Shown: positions 13,950 to 27,225 of the stretch, piece by piece
How positions within the stretch are numbered: position 1 is the first letter of the stretch
How the letters are laid out: the number at the start of each line of letters is the position of its first letter
Source of the DNA: Eremomyces bilateralis CBS 781.70
Lineage: Eukaryota
Assembly: GCA_010015585.1 (NCBI GenBank)
Contig: ML975151.1
DNA: 64,000 nt
Direction: 5' to 3' (one strand)
The notes under the pieces: generated by a model
The model's input: the letters and a program-made list of their open reading frames with translations, nothing else
What the model was told of the DNA's origin: nothing
The model's database searches: none
Made by a program: the position numbers and the translations under genes

Positions 13950-14094
13950 GCCACCCACGTGTATCGCCGCCAGTCGGCCAGGTCTATATATACGATCTAG
14001 TATAATCTATAATATAATAGATCTCATAAAATCAGAAGCATTGCGGTCCGCGTTTTGTAATTAGCACGACCGGTGTGCTCGATCCACGATGTTT

Positions 14095-15353
14095 TCATTC
14101 ATTCGTATTAGTTCCGGAATCGTCCTCATCTTTGCCCGCAAACAGACTTCTGAGATCAAAAGTACCTTCCGAACCTTTCTCAACGACACCGACCTCCGTG
14201 ACGATACCGTCGATTAGATCTGCAGGAGTGACATCAAATGCTGGGTTCCAGACATCCACCCCATCGGCAGCGATTTTGATCGTGACATTCTCCAACGCTT
14301 TCGGTTCTCCGTTCCCTTCGAGACCCTCACTCCCATCCGCACCAACAGCATCCCATCTAGGTCCTTTGACCATGGTCACCTCATTCTTCGCTCTCTCTTC
14401 TATGACGATCTGAGACCCATCCGCGGTGGCCAAATCGATGGTTGTCCTCGGTGCGGCGATGAGGAATTTCACTCTATGAAATCGAGCTAGAACCGCCAGA
14501 GCGTATGTTCCGATCTTATTTGCCGTGTCCCCATTCGCAGAAACACGATCGGCCCCAACCACGACTGCCGATATGCCTTTCAACCGCATGAGGGCGGCGG
14601 CCATGCTGTCGGTGACGAGGGTGGCCGGGATCTTCTCGTAAGCAAGTTCGTATGCCGTGAGACGTGCGCCTTGGTTGTATGGGCGGGTTTCGGTACAGTA
14701 CGCATGGGATAATGAAGAACGCTCGTGCAGCGTGCGGATGACTCCTAGAGCCGTGCCATGACCTGCTGTCGCTAAGGATCTATACCAAGGTTAGTCCATG
14801 CGTCTAAATAACGGCGCGATCTGCTGCCTTACCCGGTATTGCAGTGTGTCAAAACCGTCACCTTGCCTTCGTGTCTCGTGGCATGGCTTTCGATCCACTC
14901 GGCCCCATGCCGCCCAATCGCCTTGTTGTCCGCTACATCGTGAACAAGCATTGCCTCCGCGGCGTTGATGTAGGCTTTCCGCACTGCATCTCCCCCGACG
15001 GCTCCCGAAAGCTGAGCAGCTTTGTCTTCCACAATTTTGCTCAGTTTTCCGGCAGCATCGGCCAGATTCACAGCCGTTGGTCGACTCTGTACCAAGTAAT
15101 CCAGTTTCTCTTTCACAAACACCGCGACCTCTTCCGAACTCTCAGACACTTCGGTTGTCGCGAGCTCGACAGCTAGGGCGAGTGCGGCGACGATGGCTAT
15201 GGCTGGAGCGCCCCGAACCTGCATCGAGCGAATAGCATGGAAGGCGGCCGTGGCATTTGGGATAGAGATGTAGGTGGTGGTATAAGGGAGTAGCAGTTGG
15301 TCGAGGATGCGGAGCGAAGGCGGGGAAGACTCGTAAACGATGGCTTTCAGCAT
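14095..15353 (-). CDS. MRI1: Methylthioribose-1-phosphate isomerase
   Basis: [60 protein letters not shown] and NPAFDVTP. Confidence 0.95.
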
Positions 15354-15707
15354 CGTGGATCACACTTCAATTGGAATAGAAAAGCTAACAAAATGAGCTG
15401 TGCGGGCTGTGCGGGTTTAACAAGTCGAAAGAAGACCGGCTTTGGACGCAATAATATTAATTAGCTTGCAAACTGAAGCCCGAGAAACATTTTGCATCCA
15501 GAAACATCGCCATCACCAATGCCGACCACGATATGCCACCCAGTCGTTTGATTGCCCCACATGGCCGATCAGGGTCTCTCATTATTGAACAAGTGAAACA
15601 TACAACTGCAAACATCCGCGACAACATAATCACTTTGTAATGTTCCTGTACATCAACGCTGCCATTCGTTTCCAACAATCTGTTCCATAAGGGCGGGAAT
15701 TCTAGCG

Positions 15708-16338
15708 ATGCCGAAGTCGAAAGAACGTCTCCACCGCCAGAAACCCAAAACGCGACAGGCCACCATCTTCGATGCTTGTGCTGGTCAGAGTTTTGTTCCC
15801 TATCGTATGGATCGCGTCTAACTGAAGCGTAGGCAGAGTGAGTGGTCGCGGAAAACTGGTACGAGATGTTCGGGAGGATCAGAACACCAGATCCGGGCGG
15901 AAAATACGATTAGCACCCGAAGAAGCTCTCCTCAAACGATATTGTGCCCCCGATGGGCTGGAGTCGAGTGCCCTCTACTTCTCTGGCACTTCGGACCTTC
16001 GACCAGATCTGATCCCGGACTCTGAGCTCCTTCGCGCAATTCATCATTATACAACCCACCTATTCAAGGGTCTCGGCGCTGGCGAATCCGACCCATGTTG
16101 GGGAGCATTCGATGGAACGGCCATGCTCGCACTTGGGGTGCTGGTGGAGGAGACGGTTCGCGAGCTTGTCGGGGACTCGGGAGATCTAGCGTTTGTCGGC
16201 GGGGTCGAGATCAAGAAGGGCGAGTCGCACGACCAAATGGAAGAGAAGCTGGATATCGAGACGGTAATCGGGCCGAAATCCACGGAGCGAAAGCAGGGAG
16301 GGAGATGGGAGGACGGGATATTCATCGTTCCCGAGTGA
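15708..16338 (+). CDS. Putative RNA polymerase I UAF subunit Rrn10-like protein
   Basis: Exon 1 MPKSKERL...RQATIFDACAG, then an intron, then PDSELLRAIHHY...FDGTAMLALGVLVEE, which resembles the fungal Rrn10-type motif as I recall it. Confidence 0.5.
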
Positions 16339-16937
16339 GAATGATCCATCGCGATGCGATTACATGGTGCAGGTGAAAGTACTACACTCTGGCATCATTC
16401 TAGTACTTCCTTGTACTGCACAGTAAGGTACATGCGCCTGCGTAGTCCCCTCAAGTCCACTAAGTCGACTTCTCCTGACAACACAGCGCAACATCCTGAT
16501 GGATGAAGTCACCTAAAGTGTCTATCGAAAGTAGCGAAGGCATCAAAGCCGACAACATCACACACAGGCAGTGCCGATTGTTGCTGTGCAGTGCATCCCA
16601 TCAGATGCGCTCACGTGCTTGGGTTGGATTAACATCAGGTCAAGTTGGGCGCCGCCAAATGAAGAAGGAGCGAGGGAGCACCTGCCTCGGGGCAATCCGC
16701 CTACAGCGAGGTACCTCACGCTGCTCAGCTACACCTGGACATGGACTTGGCAACAAATAGCAAGACTCAACATGAATCATGACCTGAAAAGGATCAAGAA
16801 GTCCGTTCTCCAGCTTTCATTTCACCGAGAGAACTGGTACATGCCACTGGCCTGAACATCGCCCTCCGCGCCTCAACACCATATTATATCTAACAGGTCG
16901 AGCCACTTGTCCTGTTCATTCCGCCAGACAATCAGCA

Positions 16938-17686
16938 ATGGTACCATCTCTCCGCAACCGCTCGAGACTATGAGTATTAATATGATGCAGCCTCCAAAAC
17001 CTACCAGTGCGGCGCAGAAGGCTGCGAAAATCCTGGCCTGGATACAGAGGTCAGGCACCGCTCACAGTATCAAAGATCTAGAGAAAATCCTGCCCGCAGT
17101 TGCCTCGATCCCCTCAATGCAGGTTAAAGACCATCTTGTCGCCCTTGTTGACGATGACAAAGTCCGAGTCGAGAAGATTGGCTCGGGAAACTGGTACTGG
17201 AGCTTTCCGTCGGATGAGAAGCAGCACCGGGAGGAAGAGTTGAAAAAGCTCAACGACGAGAAAGACCAGCTGAACAAGCAGCTGGAGAATCTGAGCGCCA
17301 TGGTCAAGGACCGCGAATCCCAGCTTGACCATACCGGCGGACGAACGAGCAACAATGGCCAAGCAAAGAGCAGGAAGGAGTTGGTGGAAACGAATGATGC
17401 CCTTGGAGTCGCGGTGAAGGAACTGAAGATGTCATTGGGAGAATTCAGTGGTATCGATCCTGATGAAGTGGCGGCGAAGTGGAGGACCGTGGGGGAACTG
17501 AGGGACAAGACGGAAACCTGGACGGACCAGATTCAGTGCATGGAAGGCTATATTGGAGAGAGATGTGGGGACAAGGAGGAGGTGATGTTTACGCTCCACC
17601 AGCAATTCTATGGCGAGGAGGCTGATTGCGAGACGGGCCAGTTGAAGGAGTGGTCGGAAGACGGTACATGGTCCGCCTCGCTGTGA
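16938..17686 (+). CDS. MND1: Meiotic nuclear division protein Mnd1
   Basis: HSIKDLEK, SMQVKD and VEKIGSGNWYWSFPS followed by a coiled coil. Probable ATG-only first exon with intron 16941-16990. Confidence 0.88.
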
Positions 17687-18314
17687 AACCACCATGTCTG
17701 GACTCTGGAGTCATGCTTTGACCGTGATTGCCTCGTGCTTCCGGTACAACATGGTGCAGTCATCCATAATTGTTGGCGATGGGGTAGATAAACCCATATA
17801 GTTAGATTGCCTGGATTCGTCGAAATACACCATTAGCAATCATACTGTGGCGGAGCGGGAGCATAAAATGACTCACTGCAAAATTCTATACTATTTTGAT
17901 CTCCGTGTTACTCGAAGAGTTATATTCTAAGGTATACTACTGTTAAAAGATCTCCAAATCCTACACTCTGCGCTAGAGGGCCTAAGAATGTCTCATCGAC
18001 TCATCGAGGCATCCCGATGACTGGAGTGTGTGGTGTGTAGTGGGGCAATCTAGTATTCAATAACCATCACCAGCGGCAACAATGAAGTGGGAGTAATTCG
18101 TCCTACGGTACTAACTACCTTCCTCAACTCAGCACCAACCCTATCGAATGCTTCCATACCGACAAAATTCCTAACCTCCCAACCTGAGAACCATCGGAAT
18201 CCTCAAATCGATTACGACCTGCGGGTCCGCAGTCTATCACTATATTCGAAAACTTTGACCAACCTCCGATTCTCGAACCCAAGCGAGCTGTCGACAACAC
18301 CCGCCGAAGTCATC

Positions 18315-20677
18315 ATGAGTTCAACAGGCGACCGCCCACCGCTCTCCTCACAAGCCGGATCGCAGAATCCTCCTTCGACGACACAAGGCAGAGGCCGTGG
18401 AAGAGGTGGGAACGCTCCAAGAGGAGAACGTGGTACAAGGTCACCATATAGAGGCCGTGGGCGGGGCGGGAGACGAGGCGGTAGCAACCTCGACCGATCC
18501 GCACCCCAGACTAAACCCAACGTCGAACAATTATCAAATGCCGTATCGGGCTTATCTACTCAAGAGGGGGCCCGCGTGGAGAAGCCAGCGGATGCGACGG
18601 AAGACGAGGGCGATGCAGAGACCTGCTTCATCTGTACTTCCGTCGTCATTCATTACAGTGTTGCTCCCTGCAATCATCGGACCTGCCATATATGCTCCCT
18701 ACGATTAAGAGCTCTGTATAAGACCAATGCTTGTGCTCATTGTCGAGTAAGGAATGACCCATGACTTCCGTTGGCAAAAGCTGATTATGTCCAAAGACTG
18801 CCGCCGAATACGTTATCTTTACTGACGACAGCGAGAAGAAATTCGAGGATTTCAAGGCAACGGACTTTTCCAATGTCGATGGAAACCTCGGCATCAAATT
18901 CGAGAAGCGCGAAATCTTCGAAGATACAGTGCTTCTCTTGAGATACAATTGTCCCGATCCGACATGTGATGTAGCATGTTCGGGCTGGCCTGAATTGCAT
19001 CGCCACGTCCGCAACGTTCACCACAAAACCCTCTGTGACCTATGCACTCGTCATAAGAAGGTCTTCACACACGAGCATACCCTCTTCAACCGAGCTTCCT
19101 TGCAAAAACATGAACGGCACGGCGATGATAATCCTGGAGACCTGGAACAAAGCGGATTTCGAGGGCATCCGGAGTGCGGGTTCTGTCGAATGCGGTTTTA
19201 TGACGATGATGAGTTATATACTCACTGCAGGGACAAACACGAGCGATGTCACATCTGCGACCGACGTAATCAGGGCACCAATACCCGTCAGCAGTACTAC
19301 CAAAACTACACCGAGTTGGAGTTACACTTTCGGAAACAACATTTCCTCTGTCCTGATCGCGAGTGTCTGGAGAAGAAGTTTGTGGTGTTTGAGTCGGAAC
19401 TTGACATCAAAGGGCATCAGCTCGAAGCCCATCCCGACGGTCTCTCGAAGGATGCTCGCCGGGACGCTCAGCGAGTAGATATCTCCAGTTTCGCCTACTC
19501 CGACTTCCAACCCCCACAACGGGGGCATCGGCAGGGTGGTGGTCGCGGTCGCGGCCGTGATCCGAATGCAGATGCGCTTCCTCCCAGCTCCGCTCAACCA
19601 CTACGCCGTGACGAGATGGCATACCATCGCCAACTGGCCATTCAAGGGGCTCAAAATGAAGTATCGAGAACGTTTGGAGGTGCATTGACTGCGTCTCCTG
19701 GGCCAGCTTTTGCCGCTAGCGCAGGGAGTTCCGACGCTCCGACGACGGTTTCTGTTCGACCATCTGCCGGCAGAATCCAGCGACCACCCACAGAAGCCCC
19801 AGCGCCACCAGCCATCGACTCACGCAACCCCCCTTCGCCGCGGACTGCTGCTCGAAGCCTTCGCCATAATGCCCTCATTGGCCGAGTGGCTCGGTTACTC
19901 TCTGACCCCGAATCTGGCCTTACCACCTTCCAATCCCTGATCGCTTCATTCAAGAGTGGCGCCATCTCAGGCTCCGACCTCATTACCGGAATTTTCGACC
20001 TGACATCATCGGCCTCACGCTCGGAAGTGGGCAAAGTCATTAACGAATTGGTTGACATATTTGAAATAGAGCCCAAAAAGCAAGAGCTACGAAGTGCTTG
20101 GAATGATTGGAAAGCCATGCACGAAGACTATCCGTCGCTGCCGGTGATGTCCGAGCCCGGTTCTTCCAGGCCACTGCCGAGCTCAACATGGGCAGGGGCC
20201 GGCTCCGGAAGGGTTCTGAAATTGAAGAGCAGTACAGCTCGCAGTGCTCGTAGAGCTGGCGTGGCCGATACCTTCCCTACTCTGTCCGCAGCATCAAAAA
20301 AAACAAAAAATGCCCGTCCGACAAATACACCGTGGGTGTCGCTACCCACCCCTTCGCCTGCAGCACCCTCCACCAGCCGACCGACACGAGATGTTCCCGC
20401 AATTATACGATCACCCAAGCCAACTGGTGGAGACTCCTTTCCAGCGTTGCCGCCAGCTGCAAAACCGGTTTCTTCGGTGTTTAGCCCTGGTTACCGAGGA
20501 AACGCGGTTCTCCGGGCTCCTGGCAACGCAAACGGCGCCAGCTCCAATGCCTGGGGATCTCGTGGCAATGAAAATAACACACAGGCGGCTCAAGGAAGCC
20601 TCGATGGGATGGGAGCCGAGGGGGATGCTGGTGGCAAGGCGAGGAAGGGCAAGAAAGTGCTGATGAAGTTTGGATAG
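18315..20677 (+). CDS. HEL2: RING/C2H2 E3 ubiquitin ligase Hel2 (ZNF598)
   Basis: RING CFIC...PCNHRTCHICSLRLRALYKTNACAHCR, intron ~18748-18796, then GFRGHPECGFC, HCRDKHERCHIC and HFLCPDRECLEKKFVVF. Confidence 0.92.
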
Positions 20678-22595
20678 GCTCCTACAAAACATCGCAGACT
20701 TAGACTGCCCACAATCTGACCGGGATTTCGGATATCACTTCAAGACTTGGCCGCACGTCACTTGAGCATGCAGCCACATCGTCTCCTAATTGATCTCTAG
20801 TCTTGATTCGATGGCGATTGCAATGTGGAATAGCGCCGAGTCGGTCCGAAGCGCAATGTTCGACGTTTGCTCGTTTCCCTCAATGGCGGAATTAGTGCAT
20901 TCGAGCAAAAACTGGTCGGCAAATGACATGTTCCCCACGCGAAAAAGTCTTTGAGCGGCACGATGTGTAGTGATTCATGTGAACTAGGATTTGCTGGCGC
21001 CAGTGAAGTCTGGAAATTCGACCCTAGATCTACACCATCGGGCCCTATTCCACCGGACACTTCTTGTTTCTGGTATGTAATATGAATACACGATAGAACG
21101 CAATATATGCCAATGGATTCTAGTTGTGTTAGTGATCTCATCCGCTAAACTCATCCACTGACGGGATGATCCCGCATGTCACGAAAGCGGTTCGCTTCGG
21201 TTGATGATAATCTACGCTACGCCTCTGTGGCAAGCTCAATGTAACACGGAAAAGGATTTCAGTACTGCGATACTGGGTCCGGTTTCCAAATGCCACTTTC
21301 GGCAACAGGGCAATTGGCCTCCGTTTGCCCGAACTGAAGTTGGTGGATATCGTGACAACAGATCTATTGCAGACTAGAATTGTGAGATACTTGCATCTAC
21401 ATTAGTTGCCGCCACCATGTTCAATAGTTTGACTCAAATCCCAAATTTTCCGATGGATCTAGATCTTGTCCCGCGGGAAATCGCCGCTAATCTCATACCA
21501 TAATCGACGATCGCACAGCTGGATAACCTTGCCCTTTTGATCTCGACATCCTTGATGGCGGCAATCGGCATGCATGTTGAAGCCACCATTACACGCATGC
21601 AATCCAGCCTCATCGCTAACACATCCCTCTTGACAACTAGCTTCTTGTCTGACCATGTCACTTTCCTTTATCCTGATCCCATGATGCTGTATCTGTGTGG
21701 GAAAGGTGGGTTGAGGCGCAAGCAATCCTAGAGACATCATCATATGGCAAGCTCTCATTCGGCATGGAGCTCGCAAGTCGGTGAGGTTTCTCAGCGTGAA
21801 TCTGTAACTGTAGACTGCAAGCCGCTTCGCGCTAACCAAGCCCTTTACAAAGCCAGGTCTATAACTTCCACCTATCCGTGAAGACCGAGATGGCCACAGA
21901 GCCATTGATGCCCTTAGGAAAGGCTTGAAGGCGACGGTTTTGACAGCATTGACAACATTGTAGAGCTTGACCACGATTCGCTCCGATCAGCTACCATCTG
22001 CGGTGTGATGGCACTCCGTGTCGAAAGTCTTGTCCTAAAACCTGATACACAAAAAGGTATGCTCCTTAGGGCTTTTCTTCATCTTAAATCCTCTCTTCTG
22101 ACAAGTCTGCTGTAACCGGATCGGATCCTGCCGAAATGGTTGACCAGCTGAGCCGCTAGTTTGAGATCCCAAGATCCGCCTTTCCCTAATCCAGCAGAGG
22201 TGCTTCCGGCAATCTTGCACCGAATTCCCTGCTGCATCTAGCACTTATGGTCTATATATATTTCGTTTAAGTTAGCAACATTTGGTTCTTGCACCAGCGT
22301 GGCCGATTCCCTTTTCTACCTTCAAGTCTTTCCGTTTCTTCCTGTGGACGACTTTTGCTTCCTACTCCAGTGTCCTCGTCATCTCGACAACTAGACCGCC
22401 ACGATAGATATACAGACTATTAGGTTTGATCTGCCGCTGCAGCTAAGTCACACTTTGGCTGAGCCTCTGATTTAAGAAAGGTTTACGCAGTCAGCAGCTT
22501 GGGGAGCATTCATTGTGTTGCTCAAGCAATCCACATCATTTTCACAACTACATTTCCATCAAATCCTATTCATAACAAGTTCAGGTCAACTTACC

Positions 22596-23815
22596 ATGAA
22601 GTACATCCGTTTTCTAAAGGCTACCAAATTGGAGTCTGGTCGCGTTTCGTCTCTTATTACCATCACATCCGACCTCGGAGAGTCTTTCTACCAGGACAAT
22701 GTCAACATTCATCTGAGCGCCTGTGCGCCGTTTCCCGATGAGACTGTATTCGCTCGGAAAACGGTACGATGGGTAGCAGGAATGCGCGCACTGCCTATCA
22801 TGCTAGACCTAGATAGAAGGTGGCACGACCAACCGTTCCAAGTCCGCGCCTCTGTATTCCCTAATGGTCTGGCCGACAGACTGGGGATAGAGCAAGGCAC
22901 GCTTCAGCTACCCGCCGTTTTATCCGCATGGAGTGACGTTCTCAGGGCCACAGATCTGAGGAACGGTAGGAAGGGGGAGCGTTGGACGGCGGAGAGGAGG
23001 ATCGAAGTGTCCAGTCACCGAATAGTACGATGTTGGGAAGATATCGGCGAAACGATTGTTGGACATATCTGGTGAGTCTAGTCGTCCTTTTTGGAGATTG
23101 CAGCAACAAGGTCGCATCATCCCAATAGAGACATAACTCATACTATCACAGGGATGCCGGGGTTGCCATGTCCGCATTTATAGCAAGTCTGGCATCGACT
23201 TCGGGCCCGCCACAAGGAGTAGGATTGTTGGAGGATCTGTTAGAGCTCCTGAAAACCCCTCCTGCTTCCCGACCCCTCCGAATAATCGAACTGGGCACTG
23301 GAACGGGGATTCTAGGATTGACATTTGCGCAATGTATCCCGAACGCTTCGTTAGTGTTGACAGACGAAGAGTCCGGAAAGACATTGGCGCAACGAAGCAT
23401 TACTGCTACCCTAGGTGGATCTTCCGCGTTAGAGCGACAAACATATGTTGATAGTGGTCAAGGAGCCAGTGCACGCTTTGAACCCCTTGTTTGGGGTGTG
23501 CAGGTTCCTAAAGATCTGTCGACAGATACAGGTGATCCGTGGGACATCATCTGCGCTTCGGATTGCACATACAACTCCGATAGTTCCCCGGCATTGGTCT
23601 CAACCATGGCCGAACTGGCCGGGCAACGACGCGATGGACGCGATCCATTGATCGTTGTTGGCATGAAGCGTCGACATGATAGTGAAGAAGTGTTCTTTGA
23701 CCTCATGGAAAAGTCCGGGTTTGAGGTCCGGGACAAAGCTACCATACCACTCGCCCCTGCTGGAGCCGATGTCGAAGAAGAGGTGGAAGTGTGGCTGTTT
23801 GGATTACATAGCTGA
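22596..23815 (+). CDS. Protein-lysine methyltransferase (METTL21/Methyltransf_16 family)
   Basis: MKYIRFLK start, GHIW|DAG, IIELGTGTGILG, LTD and ASDCTYN motifs. Intron ~23072-23151. Confidence 0.85.
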
Positions 23816-24783
23816 AGGGGCGAGAGTAGTGAGCGGTCTCGGTGGTTCACGTGATTGCTGCAGGCGATCGAGAATCGAGAGATGTGGTTGCATATCGCGA
23901 TTGCTGATTGGTCGAGGTCAAATTGAAATGTGTTGCGAGGGCTGCATGCAGATCATGATTCATATTTGCATATGAAGGATTACTTGCCGAGTACGGAGGA
24001 CATTATGATACACATTACCCAATACGAAGAACAACACATCAGCGACTGATGCGTGAGCAACACCACTTGACTACTATTCCGTACCAATATTGACTCCCAG
24101 AGGATAGTTGAAGGCTTAGAATACCTCCATGCATCAACTGCTTGCTTGAATAGCAAAAGCGAATTCCTTTGATGACGAACATTAATCTATCAAGGACAGA
24201 CTACCGTAAAGATTCGGAGCGGCAGCGGGGGAGAACCGTAAAATCCCGCATTATTATTGCAGCTAATTCCGAAGTACATCATCGGTAGACTAATTTATGA
24301 ATTAGCGCAGCTTCTCCTTGTTCTCCCCACATAATATGACCACGCACCTATCACCACCTTGGTTTCGTTCTGAATTGAAGCTCTGTTGAGTGGGCGGTTG
24401 AGTGGGCGGTCCGCGGTTGAGTGGATGGTTGAAGGTTGCTGCACGTGACCCTCCCACTTCCTTGTGATGACTTCCCAGTTCCCACACACGGCACCAACAC
24501 TAAATTTCTTCTCGTGAACCCTTCCCCTCCATCTCCTCCTCTGTCATCATCACTTTTATCCCGCAGTCTTTGTTCTGCCACCATCCATCTCCCTCTCCAA
24601 GACTGAGGTTCAAGGACGAGACAGTTTTGCCGCCCCCTGACTGGCAAGGTCTTCGATATTCCGCAAATTCCCTCACGTCTTCTTCAGAAAATCCCCATCC
24701 ACACGAAGACTGCCTTTGGTCTTTCTCAAAGGCAACCGATTCCAGCACGGCCTTCTCGGTCGCAGTCCACCTAGGCCTTCACA

Positions 24784-25041
24784 GTGTCCTGGTTCGCCCG
24801 CAGCGAGACATCATCAACGACCGCCCCCCTCCGCCTGGTCCAGCTGTTTAACCTCAACGCTCTCCTCGGTGCGATTCTGCCTCAACCCGACCTCCTAACT
24901 CTCGAAACCCCTGAGCTGCCGCATAGGACGCCCGCCGACTCTCTTCCTCTTCCGGGGGGAGAGATTTGCTCGAAGCAGCGCCGTCGAAATATCCGCTTGA
25001 GAGAGTTGAGTTGGGTGGTTCAAACGTTCCGGCCGCCTTAA
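24784..25041 (+). promoter_or_regulatory. Candidate non-AUG upstream ORF in the ODC 5' leader
   Basis: No ATG between ~24470 and 25104. An open frame runs from GTG (A at -3) or an internal ACG and ends WVVQTFRPP-TAA, 63 nt before the ODC ATG. Confidence 0.5.
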
Positions 25042-25104
25042 CGGGCCCCTTTCCATTTCTGAACAACTGTCCACACCACAATTTCCATCCTCGAATTCCC
25101 CTGG

Positions 25105-26896
25105 ATGGTTATGGCACCTTCTGCCTGGCACGATATCGCAGAAGATCAGACTACCATAGCTTATCCCGACGGTATAATCCTTAGAGACAATCTATCTGTT
25201 AAAGATAGGGTCCCTTACCACCGCTATGGCGGGGATTTAGCCATTTGCCAATCTGGCTCTTATGTTGCCGCCCATGAAGATGTCTTGTCATCGGGCAGAG
25301 AGCGTTCCCGAGGATTAATCGCGGATGCTCTCAAATCACGAATCGATGCTGTCGATCATGACGAATGTATTCCTGGCGAGGAAGACGCGTTCTTCGTCGC
25401 GGACCTTGGGGAGGTCTATCGTCAACACCTTCGGTGGGCTCGTCACCTTCCCAATATTCATCCTCATTATGGTAAGCTTTCGACGAACTGGCTGCTCCTT
25501 TGGGCGAGGCTAACATTGTGCAGCGGTCAAATGCAACCCTGCTCCACAGCTCGTGCGATTCCTTGCCTCCCTAGGCACCGGGTTTGACTGCGCGTCCAAG
25601 TCCGAGATCGATCTGGTCCTTTCCCTCGGGGTGTCCCCCGACCGGATTGTTTATGCCCAACCTGTCAAGACCAACTCCTACCTCACATACGCCAAGTCTC
25701 GAGGGGTGAAGCAGATGACCTTCGACAATACGGACGAATTGCGCAAGGTTGCCGCCAAGTGTCCCGGCGCCGAGTTGCTGCTTCGAATCACCACCGACGA
25801 CAGTGCAGCTTTATGCCAGCTGAGCATGAAGTTTGGTGCCGCCTTGAAGGACTGCCCGAAGCTGCTTAAGCTCGCGAAGACATTGGGTCTCAACGTAGTC
25901 GGCGTCGCCTTTCACGTCGGTTCCGGTGCGAGCGATCCTCTCGCTTTCAAGAAAGCCGTCAGCGATTCCAAGACTGTGTTCAATTGGGGCCATGACTATG
26001 GACACGAGATGAAAATTCTGGATGTTGGAGGCGGATTCAGCGATGATTCCTTCGATGATATGGCCGGTGTGCTACGTGCCGAGCTGGACGAGCATTTCCC
26101 TTCCTCTTCCGGCGTTCGAATCATTGCTGAACCAGGTCGCTATTATGCTGCTACAGCATTCACTCTGGCTTGTCATGTGATCGCGAGGCGCGTTGTCGAA
26201 TCAGGCGATGTCGAATTTGAGGGACCCGAAGGCAGCGTTCGATCCGTTGATGATAAGGCGGGGGAGATCGTGTCGCCTGCGGCCTCTAATATGCATAATT
26301 CGGGCGACCACGGCGCCTTCGACCTAGCTGAAGAGCGTGAAGGATCGGGATCGGAAAGCTATATGCTTTACCTCAACGACGGGGTCTATGGGAACTTTTC
26401 CTCGATCATGTTTGATCACCAACAGCCGATTCCCAGGGTGTTGAAGGCCGACGGCCGATTCTTCTATCAAGTCCCGACCGTGTTCAGCGACCTGGGTTCC
26501 CAACTTCGCTCCATCGGGGATGATTTCGACAGGGGGAGCGGCGAGGATCCAGACAGCCCTCCAAGCTCGGCATCGATGACACCTCTGTCGGCCTCGGCGC
26601 TCAATTTGAGCTCCTGCAGTTCGTCGTCGGACGACCTGTCCATCCGAACTCCCTCCGACAGCCAGATTCTGACGGGTCGACGCATTACCTACAGTATCTG
26701 GGGCCCTACTTGCGACGGCATCGATTGTATTTCGTCTCGTGTCGAGCTGTCCGAGAAAGTCGAGGTCGGGGATTGGATGTACTTTGAGGACATGGGAGCC
26801 TACACCATGTGTAGTGCAACCCGATTCAATGGTTTCCCGGATGGCCACGATGTTGTTTGGGTTGGTGCGGATGCGCTGCCTGGGTTCGGGTTGTAA
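25105..26896 (+). CDS. spe1: Ornithine decarboxylase
   Basis: AFFVADLG, PHY|AVKCN, GFDCAS, KFGA, FHVGSG, LDVGGGF, AEPGRYY, NDGVYG, WGPTCDGID and GAYT. Intron ~25472-25523. Confidence 0.96.
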
Positions 26897-27225
26897 TAGA
26901 CAGGCTCCCTAGACTGTTCCTCCTAATGTCCTGGGGCGAATCGTTGCTTTCCACGGTCGACGTGACCGTATCTGGTGGTTGTGAGGCTGCCTGCTTTCTA
27001 TGTCATACATTTCATTATCCCGATTGAAGCCAGCACCTTGGGTTCGACGGGTTTTTCTTGGATGTGCATTGGAGGGATTATGCTGCTTTCGTTGCTTATA
27101 TATCTGAATAGATGGAACCGCGAATGGATAGACTTTGCGTTCTATGATCCATAGTGCGTCCTTTTCGTGTCCTGTGAATCCAGCGAATAGGGAAAGCTTC
27201 TTTTCTCGCTCCCTTTTGAAACCCA

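Noticed and set aside
21221..21300. tRNA-like stretch with GTGGCA...TGCCAC ends and an internal hairpin
   Set aside because: There is no canonical GTTCRA T-loop or convincing D arm. tRNAscan-SE or Infernal would be needed.
21430..22300. Short ORFs between HEL2 and the methyltransferase as a transposon remnant
   Set aside because: No transposase or RT motifs, terminal repeats or target-site duplications were seen.
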